Below, piece by piece: positions 1 to 11,082 of a stretch of 64,000 nucleotides of DNA. Below the pieces are notes generated by a model. The model did no database searches and was not told where the DNA came from. It saw only the letters and a list, made by a program, of their open reading frames with translations. The position numbers and the translations under genes were made by a program. Source of the stretch: Octopus bimaculoides (Eukaryota); assembly GCF_001194135.2 (NCBI RefSeq), contig NC_068987.1, positions 54,977,268-55,041,267 on the forward strand, read 5' to 3'. Each line of letters begins with the position of its first letter. The first letter of the stretch is position 1.

Positions 1-8
1 AAGTAATA

Positions 9-515
9 TGACCTGCGTTCAAAAAGTATCCAACCTTTGGACATATGATATGGAGCTCTGCCGTCGTTTTCTCATAATTTCTTCTCGCGACTTAAATCAC
101 TTCCCTTTCTGCGTGGTTTTCAGTTTGGGGAAGAGCCAGAAGTCACACGGTGCCAAGTTGGGAGAGTAGGGAACCTGTCGAACAAGTGTTGCGATGTTCT
201 TGACCAGGTAAGCTTGGATTATGTGGGCGGATGAGCTGGCACGCAATCGTAATGAAGTTGTCGATTCTTCGCCGCCCACATGTCCAGCTGCTTTCGACGA
301 ACAACATCATGAAGGTGACATATAACCTCTAGGTCGTATTTCCTATTGATTGTTTGACCTTGTGGTGCGTATTCATAATACACAATATCACCGGAGTCAA
401 AGTAACAGATCGACTTTACCTTCACATTGCTGTGAACCTGTTGTGCTTTTTGGGTCATAGGTGATGTCGGATGTTTACATGTCTCATCTCCAGTGACGAT
501 GATCTTTGGGAAGCC
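9..515 (-). mobile_element. Tc1/mariner (mariner-type DD34D) transposon relic: 3' half of transposase plus one TIR; frameshifted
   Basis: Minus-strand translations give IIVTGDET (~480-510), LHYDCVPAH (HHDNAPAH-like) and PYSPNLAPCDFWLFPKLK, the three catalytic motif regions of mariner transposases. TIR-like tgacctgcgttcaaaaagtatccaacct starts at 9, directly after a TA (7-8). Confidence 0.9.
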
Positions 516-628
516 TGAGTCATATTAAAATGTTTCATTTTCGAGTTTGCCGTCTAGTTCAATTTTTCATGGTTTCTAACCTTTTAATAACACAATATTG
601 TATCACTTATAATTATTTAGAGCGTAAA

Positions 629-812
629 AGGTGGTGAGCTACCAGCATCGTTAGCACTGCTATACGTGCTGAGTTCAAATTCCATGAAGGTCGACTTTGC
701 CTTTCATCCTTTCGGAGATTGATAGAATAAGTACTAGTTGAGTACTGGGGACGATGTAATCGACTAGACCCCTCTCTCACTATTTCAGGCCTTGTGCCTA
801 GTAGAAAAAAAA
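629..812 (+). mobile_element. tRNA-derived SINE, family E here (aggcggcgagctggcagaa head; gtcgactttgcctttcatcctttc core), degenerate
   Basis: Matches the >15 other copies in the window, e.g. 38300-38518; ends in an A-rich tail. Confidence 0.8.
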
Positions 813-816
813 ATGG

Positions 817-965
817 AGTGTAGGCTCTGTATGGCTGAATAGTTAAGAGGTTCACTTTCTAATCACCAAGTCTCGAGTTCGATTCCACTGTATAGCACCT
901 TTGGCAAGTGTCATTTTTAAAGCCTCGGGCCGACCTATACTTTGAAATTGGGTAGACTGAAGCTG
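817..965 (+). mobile_element. SINE family D head (tRNA-like plus ttggcaagtgtc core), truncated
   Basis: Similar to the D heads at 21790, 41690 and 52825. Confidence 0.65.
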
Positions 966-1489
966 GGCATTCAAAAGCTGTAAATTCTTCTATTCTCTAT
1001 ATTTTAACACGTAAAGCGCAACGGACCATGATCGTGACCAAGTTAGATGCATTTAATTTATGGGCGTTTGTTGGGGTCTGTCACTCAAATGCTCTGATAC
1101 CCCTCAGAATGCAAGAGGACTAATAGTTCAACTAATGACTTTTCAGATGATGCAAAACTTGCCACCATTATATACTAAGAAGATATTTGAACTATTTTTT
1201 GTTTTTTATGTGTGCATGGTAGTCTCATTTTCATAAAATGCGCCCAGCAGTCCATGCTATGTAAGTGCAAGTCCCAGCGCTTTGTGGATTAAGTATCGTA
1301 GATTCCGAATCTACCAATAAATTATTTGGGGTGGTGGGAGGTGACCCTTCTTTTCTCCGTAATTTTTTAGTGTTGTGTTTCATTTCATTTTTTTACTTAC
1401 GTTTTAATTTTCACCTCTATTTTATAGGAATACCGGAAAGTTGGTTAGCATGTAGTTTAAGGGGAAATAATAATAATAATTATAATTAT

Positions 1490-2400
1490 AATCTGTCAAT
1501 TGACCAGAAGTTACGATAATTTACATGTAAATACTCTCTAGTGAATTGACAGGAACAACTGCCTATACTGCTCAATAGTGAAAGAAGATTATTACATTGC
1601 TCAAATGTAACTGTGTTGGCTATCATGCATCGACATCGAAGCCATGTTCATTGCTGGCTTTGTAGTTCGTGGGAACGGGTATACCTCATCTGTTTATGAT
1701 ACACTTAAGATATTACGAGAGGGTACTACACTACAAGTAGGTACCCGTGGACACGGCATAGTGAGGGGGAGTTCTGTTAATAAAATTTAGAGATTTCACC
1801 GGTTTTCTTTATGGAATTTAACTCATTATTTCTGGTCAATTAACTTTCATTTCTCCTAAATTGCATATTAACCGAGAAGTGAATTGTACATGTAATTTAT
1901 AAGTTACAGTCTTATCACACGTGTCAGTGAATTGCTTGGTTATTTACACGTTAATTCAACGAGCAAGTAGTTGAGTTAACCCAACAACTGAATCCACATT
2001 GTTGAACGATCACGGTTAGTCTCGTACTTACGGATGTAAATTATCTACCAAAAAATAAAATTGATTTTCCTGCTTCTACAGTCCTCTTTCAGTATCTCCT
2101 GTAAGTACGGTTTTCATATCCACCACTTAAAGTATTTGATGTTTGTCCTTGTAAAGAGATAAAACCATGAAATATATGGCGGTGGGGGTGAAAATCTGCT
2201 GAATTGTTTTTGTAAAAAGTGTCTCTAGAGATGTCTCTGCGTCTCGTAGCCTAAGGAGAGTTTAAAACATTTTTGTTTTTTCAAAGCTGTGTTGTAAAAC
2301 CGCTTTTCGCGGTCAAAGGGTTATACCGAACTCGTGTCAATATTCTCTCTTTGTGTGTATGTACGAGTGTAGTGTGGCCTGTGTTTTGACTTCTCACTCT
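1490..2400. promoter_or_regulatory. Candidate promoter/first-exon region of the host gene, possibly bidirectional
   Basis: CpG retained relative to the rest of the window. Plus-strand consensus donor CCT|gtaagt at 2101 follows an Inr-like TCAGT (~2089-2093). Minus-strand consensus donors at 2031 and 1399. Recurring gtgaattg motifs and a 12-bp inverted repeat (1498-1509 / 1830-1841). Confidence 0.4.
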
Positions 2401-2754
2401 CAACAGTAATTTCATTGTTTCATATCTTGAAAAGGACAACTTCTAAAATGTAAATATTTACATTTTCTCATGAACGATCGTTTTGTAACACTGACACAGC
2501 TTTGATCTAAAAACACAGTCAGCTCTTTAAGGTCTTGCCTTATATTATTAACAGACATAACAACAGCTGGAACAAAGTTCATTCGGGCTAATTATTAAAT
2601 GAATCTGAATCTGGGTTAACTAAATCTCTTGTTTGTAATTCAGTTTTATTTTTGGTAACATTTCGATATTGCTGTTGTGTTCGAGAAGAGGTTTTTCAAC
2701 AATAACGAGTTTGTAATACCGTTGCTTTAGGTCTTTGCGGGCTTAATGACTTAG

Positions 2755-3150
2755 TGTGTTTGGGTGTGTCTCACCGACTGACAACGGTTGTTGGTGTGTC
2801 TCACCGACTGACAACGGTTGTTGGTGTGTTTACGTTCGGCTATCTTTCGATTTTGATTTGAGAAAACGTCAACTGAAAGCACATGGGTTTTGTTTACATC
2901 TAATTGGCCTGTTAGGATTAGGGTTAGGGTTAGCCGATTAGATGTAAACAAAACCCATGTGCTTTCAGTAGACGTTTTCTCACATCAAATCGAAAGATAG
3001 CCTTTACGTTCTTGTAACATAGCGGTTCTGCAAAGTGACCGTTGGAACTAGTGCCCGGCTTAAAAAAATAAGTACTGCGGTCGATCCATTCGACTAAAAT
3101 TTAAGGTGGTGCCCCAGCATAACCACAGTGTAATGACTGAAACAAGTAAA
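2755..3150 (+). mobile_element. SINE family D1 body/tail carrying a 30-bp tandem duplication and a nested MITE
   Basis: With the MITE removed the sequence reads ggtgtgtttacgttc|ttgtaacatagcggttc...gactgaaacaagtaaaagag, the D1 body/tail seen at 14260 and 31955. Unit ttggtgtgtctcaccgactgacaacggttg occurs about 2.3 times at 2761-2830. Confidence 0.8.
2838..3002. mobile_element. Fold-back MITE with 9-bp TSD (Mutator/MULE-like) and TTAGGG-containing spacer
   Basis: Arms 2838-2908 and 2933-3002 (~70 bp, 4 differences), beginning GGCTATC. Exact direct repeat tttacgttc at 2829-2837 and 3003-3011. Spacer ctgttaggattagggttagggtta. Confidence 0.9.
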
Positions 3151-3791
3151 AGAGTGTGTGTGTGTGNNNNNNNNNNNNNNNNNNNNNNNNNNNNNNNNNN
3201 NNNNNNNNNNNNNNNNNNNNNNNNNTAAACACACACATGTACAATGTGGTACACTCACTACGTATTAAAAATGCGGCTTTCATTATGCCCCAAATGCGTT
3301 TATGTATCCTCATCTGTGTAATTATGTGTGTAGTCAAATTGTGGTCGTAGGTTAAAATAAGTTTCTTGCTCTTACTGAGCTATAATGGTATAAAGAAGAA
3401 AATAGTTCCTGGCGTTTTGCCAGTTTCTCTATGTATTGTGTTGCACTTGTTTACACCGTGAGTGTAGTCTTGGTTGTTATTATTATTACTTTTTGTTTAG
3501 TTATAATAAATAGGAAAATATCACCCATAGATAAATTTGACCAGACATAACCAAGAACTATTGCCAAGTAATGTTGTTTACATCCATAGTTTTATATAAT
3601 CGTTTTGTCTACATTTTTCTTGTGTTATTTTGTTTTCGCTTATATTTATTAATACAATAGAAATGATTTTGTTTTTAAGTGGTTTTTATTTTCACTGTGG
3701 CGGATTTTTAGCATTCAGTGTTAAATAATTTTGTTAATGAGACCAACGCACTGTACTTGTGATGTGTCATGAACTGTCAACCTTTTTTTAG

Positions 3792-3852
3792 GTTTGTATA
3801 ATGAAAACAGGGATACTGGTGATGATTGGCAATGATAATATTAAGTCTGTTG
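3792..3852 (+). other. Candidate exon (5'UTR or start exon, MKTGILVMIGNDNIKSV); 3' boundary uncertain
   Basis: Strong acceptor ccttttttag at 3781-3791 and ATG at 3801. Only a GC-type donor (TG|gcgagt, 3853) or GAT|gtaaag (3885) is available. No homology recognised. Confidence 0.25.
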
Positions 3853-5091
3853 GCGAGTTCTCGTTGTTCATTTGCTTTGAGGATGTAAAGTCTAAAGTTT
3901 CGGGACCTTCCCCTTCCCAAGTGAATAAAGAAAAGAAATTTGAAATGTTGCTTGGACTGAAGGCAATGTTGAATTTTGACTTGATGAAAGCCTCACCAAG
4001 TCCTCACTTAGCCCTTCAGAAATCTTTGATAATCTAAAAGAAGGATAATATTTGAAGGAAAAAATCGTTATATTTTTATTGATTTTTTTTTTTTTTNNNN
4101 NNNNNNNNNNNNNNNNNNNNNNNNNNNNNNNNNNNNNNNNNNNNNNNNNNNNNNNNNNNNNNNNNNNNNNNNNNNNNNNNNNNNNNNNNNNNNNNNNNNN
4201 NNNNNNNNNNNNNNNNNNNNNNNNNNNNNNNNNNNNNNNNNNNNNNNNNNNNNNNNNNNNNNNNNNNNNNNNNNNNNNNNNNNNNNNNNNNNNNNNNNNN
4301 NNNNNNNNNNNNNNNNNNNNNNNNNNNNNNNNNNNNNNNNNNNNNNNNNNNNNNNNNNNNNNNNNNNNNNNNNNNNNNNNNNNNNNNNNNNNNNNNNNNN
4401 NNNNNNNNNNNNNNNNNNNNNNNNNNNNNNNNNNNNNNNNNNNNNNNNNNNNNNNNNNNNNNNNNNNNNNNNNNNNNNNNNNNNNNNNNNNNNNNNNNNN
4501 NNNNNNNNNNNNNNNNNNNNNNNNNNNNNNNNNNNNNNNNNNNNNNNNNNNNNNNNNNNNNNNNNNNNNNNNNNNNNNNNNNNNNNNNNNNNNNNNNNNN
4601 NNNNNNNNNNNNNNNNNNNNNNNNNNNNNNNNNNNNNNNNNNNNNNNNNNNNNNNNNNNNNNNNNNNNNNNNNNNNNNNNNNNNNNNNNNNNNNNNNNNN
4701 NNNNNNNNNNNNNNNNNNNNNNNNNNNNNNNNNNNNNNNNNNNNNNNNNNNNNNNNNNNNNNNNNNNNNNNNNNNNNNNNNNNNNNNNNACGTTTCTCAA
4801 ATGGCAGTTAACTTCAAAAAGCTTCCTCACTTTTACCCTAAGTTATATAAAGTTTGGAAGATCCTTTTTAGAGAATTATACCAAAATGTCTCTCAAAAGA
4901 ATTGAAAGTATATATATCCCTTTTATTATTCTGTGGCTCCTTTGGATTGTGTGGTTGTAAGCTATATGTCTTTGTTTAGCTTTAGACTAAATCCAACGTT
5001 GGTTGGTAGGAAGTAAAACTGAAAGGTAGGAGTCATTTTATGAGTTCCCACAATTTACCTGGCTAGAGTTTGTTCCAAATTTGTATGCTAT

Positions 5092-5308
5092 TAACCTTTT
5101 AGCATCCAGATTTCTCAGTCAAATGCAATGCTTTTTTATTCACACTGATATACATTACCTTGTAGCTTTTGAGATTTCTATGACATGATAGCTAGTTTTC
5201 AGAATAATGTTGTAGGGTAAGTGAAAGAGGCTAGATTTGGCTAGTTTGAAAATAAAACAGGTAGATTATTTTGGCCAATTATGGTTAGTTTAAATGCTAA
5301 AGGGTTAA
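5092..5308 (+). mobile_element. piggyBac-like TTAA MITE, family F (ttaaccctttagcatt ... aatgctaaagggttaa)
   Basis: TTAA at both ends with CCC/GGG-type TIRs; homologous copies at 11532, 16776-17565 and 47190. Confidence 0.75.
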
Positions 5309-5354
5309 ATAAACATCAGGTGAAGCAGAAGTTGAGTTTAATGGCACTATAGGC

Positions 5355-5730
5355 TAGTTGGTAATGTTGTGTTTAAGAAGTTTGCTTGCCAACCATATAG
5401 TTAGGGTTCAGTCTTACTGTGTAGCATCTTGGGCATTGTTAATTGTTTTTTATTGTACCTCTTAACTAACTGAGTGTATGTTATAGATACAAACTGTGTG
5501 TGTGTGTGTGCGTCTTTTATCTAGACATCATGTGGTAGTTCTAAATGAGTGTCACCATCATACAATTTTTGTCCCTGTTATTTCCAATCTTCTGTTAAAA
5601 CGTATCTGGCTATGGCTAAATATTATTACCTTGCCTGGAAGCTTGGAAACAGGTGAGCGTTGAAGACAGGAAGAGCATTCAACATTAGAAAGTCTGTCTT
5701 TACAAACATGGAAAAATGGTTGTTAAAATG
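5355..5730 (+). mobile_element. SINE family D2 (D head, (TG)n, RTE-type tail)
   Basis: Head plus the ggaaacaggtgagggttg...ggaagggcatcc...catggaaaa tail shared with copies at 12480, 21790 and 63680. Confidence 0.65.
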
Positions 5731-5793
5731 GTCTTATATATATGGATGAGTGAATTATCCTTTGAATAACATCTGCGTTTAACTCCATTAATA

Positions 5794-5824
<31 letters not shown>

Positions 5825-6199
5825 CTGATTGATACACTAGCCCACTTTGCAAACGGAGTTAAATAATAAGTGGCTTATATCACTTTTAGCATCTATTTTT
5901 CAAGCATGTTGGGAAGTATAAACATACCCTTGTGCTGTATTTATATCTATATAATTGTATATCAGTATATACATATATATATGTATGCTGGGCCAAAAGT
6001 AATGGTCCAAGATAAGTGCAATATGTTCCGAAATTGTCAAAGACATGATTCAATTTTTCTAAAATTGAGTAAAATAAATAAAATAACTTATACAGGCATA
6101 CTTGTACATGACCAATATTTACTGGACTATCTATCGGATGTTATACACTGCCAGTCATACTGCTTCCTTGTATTGTTGTAGCTTTTGAATGATACCACT

Positions 6200-6412
6200 C
6201 CACTAGTTAGGCAGGCAGGCCAACATTACCCTTAAATGGAGTGCTAGTCCCTCACAGGGTTATCCATTTGCAGCTGAGTGAACTGGAGCAATGTGAACTG
6301 AAGTGTTTCGCTCAAGAGCACAAGGTACCACTGGTCTGGGAATCAAAACTACAATCTTCTGATTGTGAGTACAACACCCCAACCACTTAGCCATGTGCCT
6401 TCACACATACAC
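6200..6412 (-). mobile_element. tRNA-derived SINE, family I (gggcacatggc head; ttgagcaaaacact core), old
   Basis: Reverse complement aligns to copies at ~32600, 53610, 57218 and 60660. Confidence 0.6.
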
Positions 6413-7263
6413 AAGTTTTTTTTTTAATATCATCAATGGTTTAACCAATGTTGATTAAATAAAACCAAAACTCAAGTGTTTAAAGCACAAATACAAACTA
6501 CAATTTAAAAATTGGTCACAGGTCATATGTGAAGGGCCAAAAATATAAAGTTGAGGGGAAAAAAATATAGCAATTGAAAAATTTGTGATCAGTAAGCATA
6601 CAACATTTTCCTTAACATACAAATGTTTCAGTGGCCTATAAAGATTTTGTGTGGCCAACTTCATATATCCTTGAACTATACCATCCTCCAGGATCTCTAT
6701 GCATTTAAAGCTTTCGGGGCACTTTTTGATAGTTTGTGTTGGAGAAAAAGTATCAGTCAATAGGTTGACTGACTTAGTAATATATGTGTGTGTATGTATA
6801 CTTGCATATTTACACACATGCATGCACAATTTCATGTATGTAGCTGTCCTCTTTCCCTTTCTTTACAAATTTGTACTAGACATATTTCTGTAAATTCATA
6901 TTTTCATCTGGATTTATGTTTATTGATCTGAACTTCTAAACAAATGTTTTTCATATCTTATTATTTCGTCTGAATGACTGAAGAATTAACAATTTATTGA
7001 AAGAAAATAATAATGATAATGTTTCTTCAAAGATTGATGAAAATGTTTTACTTTGTTTTTGAAACATTGAACTGAGAGAGGGAGAGAGTGAGAGTAAAAG
7101 CAAAAAATTACATGTATTTAAGTTTATTTTATTTTATTGCTTGCTTTATGTTGCCGAGTATCTCGTGCACATTGAACTATTAGCAGTGCAGCTGGTTTCA
7201 AAATGGAATTGCATTTCTTAGGAGAAGCATATAGGGGAGAGATTTTACTTTTGTTCACCTCAG

Positions 7264-7326
7264 ATTGGAAAAGATTGTATCCAACCCTGAAAACTACAAG
7301 GAATCCTTTGCACAGTTACTCAGTCT
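7264..7326 (+). CDS. Candidate 63-nt symmetric (phase 2-2) coding exon, LEKIVSNPENYKESFAQLLS; product unknown
   Basis: Acceptor ttttacttttgttcacctcag, donor CT|gtaaga, open frame, length divisible by 3, unique sequence. Confidence 0.35.
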
Positions 7327-7573
7327 GTAAGAAAAAGCAGCCAGGCTTCCCCCAGCTTAAAAACATGAAGGTCTTATTTGGTTATGTAGTCATAAATACA
7401 CTATGCCTGAATAAAAAAAAATTGGACAGTGATGACTGCAGTATAGGTCTGTTCAGTTAAAGTTGACCTGGAACTAAATATCAACCACAACAACAGTGCT
7501 ATCACAGCATATAAATAGCACTTAGGGACTTCCATAGTTTTATTTTCATCTAAGCAGATTAAATGTTATCACA

Positions 7574-7988
7574 TTAACCCTTTTGATACATACTAGCCTG
7601 AGACTGCCTCTGATTCTATGATAGAGATCTAAATTAAAACCTTCCTTCAAAATTTTGTGCTAATTGCCTAATTAATAATGGTTTTAAATTTTGGCGCAAG
7701 ATCAGCCATTTCGGAGGATGGGGTAAGTTGATTACAACTGGTACTTATTTTATTGACCCCGAAAAGATGAAAGGCAAAATTGACCTCAGCAGAGTTGGAA
7801 CTTAGAATGTAATGACATATGAAATGCTGCTAAGCATTTTGCTTGGTTTGGTAATGATTCTGCTAGCTTCCTGTCTTAGCTACATAATTAATAATGATAG
7901 TTATTTTACTAAATTCTTCATTGTTTCAAAAATTATTTGAAGCAAAAGCAGCGTTTTTCAACGGAAATCTAATAACGAAAGGTTTAAA
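7574..7988 (+). mobile_element. piggyBac-like TTAA MITE, family G, interrupted by a minus-strand family E SINE (~7680-7880)
   Basis: Starts ttaacccttttgatac and ends aacgaaaggtttaa; aligns to the full copy at 22210-22439. Confidence 0.65.
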
Positions 7989-8470
7989 TTCTCTTTCCCA
8001 TTGAGATTGTGCAACCTCAATGAGATGATTTGAATCATTGGCTCTTCAGTTAACACTTTTTGATAGCAACCCACCTGAGATGCCTCGAGTTCTATAATGC
8101 AAACTTCTTGTTTTAAAGTGGTTTAAACGTATACCTTCCATCAAAATTTCATATTTGTTTCAAACACAACTTAATGATTAATTCATTTTACTAAATTCTT
8201 TGTTATTTTAAAAATTTATTGAAACAAGGGTAATATGGGGTTACAAAAGGATTAAGCATGATATCACACTGAATTATCTGTAATTCTTTTATAAATGAAA
8301 TAAAAAATTTTACCAAACACTTTTGAGTCGAATCAATAAATATATATAATAAATGAAAATATTTGTTTCTCAAATTAATTATTATTTGATGATAATAATA
8401 ATTTTTTTTAGTGGTCACAGGGACTCAAGCATAACAAAATATGTTACCCAGTAGTTGAGAATGTACATAC

Positions 8471-8555
8471 CTGTTTGTCGACCTCTAATAAAAGGTGGGT
8501 GGAGCAAAAAGTAGTACAACACATTAAAACATGTGTGGCTTCTTGGCAGCAGTTA
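8471..8555 (-). other. 85-nt exon-shaped cassette, copy A of a local duplication
   Basis: Minus-strand acceptor tttcccttacag and donor CAG|gtatgt; preceded by a 72-nt GT-AG intron-like segment (8556-8627, gtgagt). Confidence 0.35.
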
Positions 8556-9845
8556 CTGTAAGGGAAATAATCACTAATAGATAAGTCTTATGTTAATCAC
8601 ATAGAACCCCAAAAAATGGGCACTCACCCAGAAAGGAATGAGATACTGCCAACTTGCTAGAATTAAGCTTAAAATGCCTCCCCAACACTTTAATTCCCTT
8701 ACACTCTGATAAATTGAAACATAATATATCTGAAATTGCCCTTGAGTAGTTTTGGCCCTGGGTGAGATTTGAAACTTCCCACAATCTCTTTGGTAGTTTT
8801 TGTTATCTGTTTATATAATGTTGTTGTGGATTTCATCAATAATTTTATTCTTCTGTTCAATATGTTTGGCTATCATTTCCTATTCAAACCATGCAGTATT
8901 ATGCTCTCCTTCAGTTTATTCAGTTGCTCCATCAGATTATTATTAGTTCAGATCTCTAAGGGATACTGGATTCCCTTTCCTCTCCTTCATTTCTTGCTCT
9001 CAATGGTTTTTCACTTGTTTCCTGGTTCTATCTCATCATCATCACAGTCAGAAAATGAGGTAAAACTGCTGCTCATAGCTTCTGGCATGCATTGTGCCTG
9101 AATAAAGAATTTTTAGTGCTTTTGGTTCCCTATCTTGTCAGCTCCTGGTACTGGTAACAATGAGGATGAAAAGATCTTGTTCACTTTTATGTTAGCTCTG
9201 GCTGTTATTGGAGATTTGACTTGTATCATTGGGGAAACAGCCATGATTGTCTTCCTCTTTTCATTTTGCTTTTTTTTCATCTCTACCCTAGCACTAGGTC
9301 AACCAAAGCCTTGTGAGTGAATTTGGTCGACAGAAACTGAAAGCCCTTATATCGGTATGTATGTGGTTGTGTGTATGTTTGAGTCTTCTTGTTTTGACAT
9401 TGTGTGATAGTTGTATCATTCATTTCCAATATTCTGTATAAACATGTTTGACCATAGGGAAATATTTACGATATAGAAACAGGTGAACACATCCAGTCAT
9501 GGAAAAATCTTCCTTAACAAACTTTCTGACTCATGCATCCATTGAAAAGTGAACATAATGATGATGACATTAAAAAAATCTCTAAGGATCAAATTTCTTT
9601 TCCACCCCAGGTATGGGATGGGCATCAAATATTCCAATCCCTTTGTTAGTGAAAGGAACCAAGGAAACCTTCAAGCAAGTAATCCTGGATAAAATCAGAG
9701 CTTTGTGAAACACAACTGCTCATGGCAAATAGTTATAATTTCTTACTTATGCACAAAACCAGAAATTTCTTTATTGACCACGAGACCTCAAACATAAAAA
9801 AGTGTTATCCAATAGTTTTACTAAACATGGGGAGAATGTACTTGC

Positions 9846-9930
9846 CTGTCTGTTGATCTCTAATAAAAGGTGGGTAGAGCAAGAATTAGAACAATACATT
9901 AAAACACGTGTGGTTTCCTGGCAGCAGTTA
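9846..9930 (-). other. 85-nt exon-shaped cassette, copy B (11 substitutions versus copy A)
   Basis: Same acceptor and length, no indels; donor CAG|gcaagt (GC-AG type). Confidence 0.35.
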
Positions 9931-11082
9931 CTGTAAGGGAAATTATCACTATTAGATAAGTCTTATATTAATCTCATAGAACCCCAAAAATGGACAGTTG
10001 CTTAATCCTTTTTATACTAATCTGAGAAAACCCTTGGCTTAATGAGATAAACTCCCTGCTTTAAAGTAATTTTAAATTAAAACCTTTCACCAAAACTTAC
10101 TGTTAATTTGTGCTCTAAACACTAACTTAATAATAATGACAGTTATTTTAATAAATTATTCATTATTTTTGCAATTAATCAAAACAAAGACAGATATATG
10201 GTAATGGAATGGTTAAATCAAACTCAGTTTGGTGCCACATAAAAAGTATTCAGCCCACTCTGTGGATTCGTTGGTATTAAGAAGGGCATCCAACTGTAAA
10301 AAGCCATGCCAAAACTGACACAAAAGTAAGGTGCAGGCTTCTGCCTTGCCAGCTCCTGTCAAATCGTCCAACCCATATCAGCATGGAAGGAGGACATTAA
10401 AATGATGACGATGAGTTCTTGACTGTATTTTATGTTATCAACTCTGGAAGGATGAAAGGTAAAGGTTGACCATAGGATTTGAGCTCAGAACATAAAAAGA
10501 CAGAGCAAATATTGCAATGCTCAAACTATTTTCTCAATCCACTTGTATTAATGTAGTTCATGTTATAATGAGGAATTCTTAAACATTTTCAATTCTGTAA
10601 ATTTTTTTTTCCTCTGCTATATCTCAGTTTTAAACATTTTTATTCAGTCTTCATACGCTCATAAGATCTATTTTCTTTCTTTTTTTTAAAAAAATATTTC
10701 ACTCCATGCCAACATCTTGAAGTAGATATTTCACCAGAAATGTTACTGACATTGATAATTACATATTGTTTGCAATGGATTGACATTTAGGAAATTTTCT
10801 TTCATCTTGCACTTCAGCTTTTGTACTCTTTTGCTTCACCTTTTACTCTGTTGCTGTTCCGTTGCTTGTTTTTAAACCAATCCAACCCATTCTATTCTAA
10901 AATGGCAATCTGGATTTAAAATGATAAAATATGTGTTGGGAGGAGAGATGAGTTGTAAAATGGTGTACTGATTACACTCAAAGTTTGTGCTTTTGTACAT
11001 TGACTTAAAAAAACGTAAATTTTACCAAGGATGAGAATTGACACTTGTATTTATTTAATAAAATAGTATTTATTTAATAATA

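Noticed and set aside
2761-2830. 30-bp direct repeats that could suggest a CRISPR array
   Set aside because: No spacers, about 2.3 adjacent units, inside a SINE, eukaryotic context.
2914-2932. TTAGGG repeats as a telomere or fusion scar
   Set aside because: Only about three units, forming the loop of a MITE with a TSD.
3892-4960. Long ORFs of 200-312 aa here and at 16191-16793, 20880-21566, 36496-37129 and 46724-47118
   Set aside because: They are open only because they cross N-gaps (4097-4789, 16262-16765, 20934-21515, 36787-37007, 46837-47009).
5985-6740. Possible Tc1/mariner-like termini (tatgctgggccaaaagtaatg; ctatcaaaaagtgccccg)
   Set aside because: No matching partner TIR or transposase motif could be verified.
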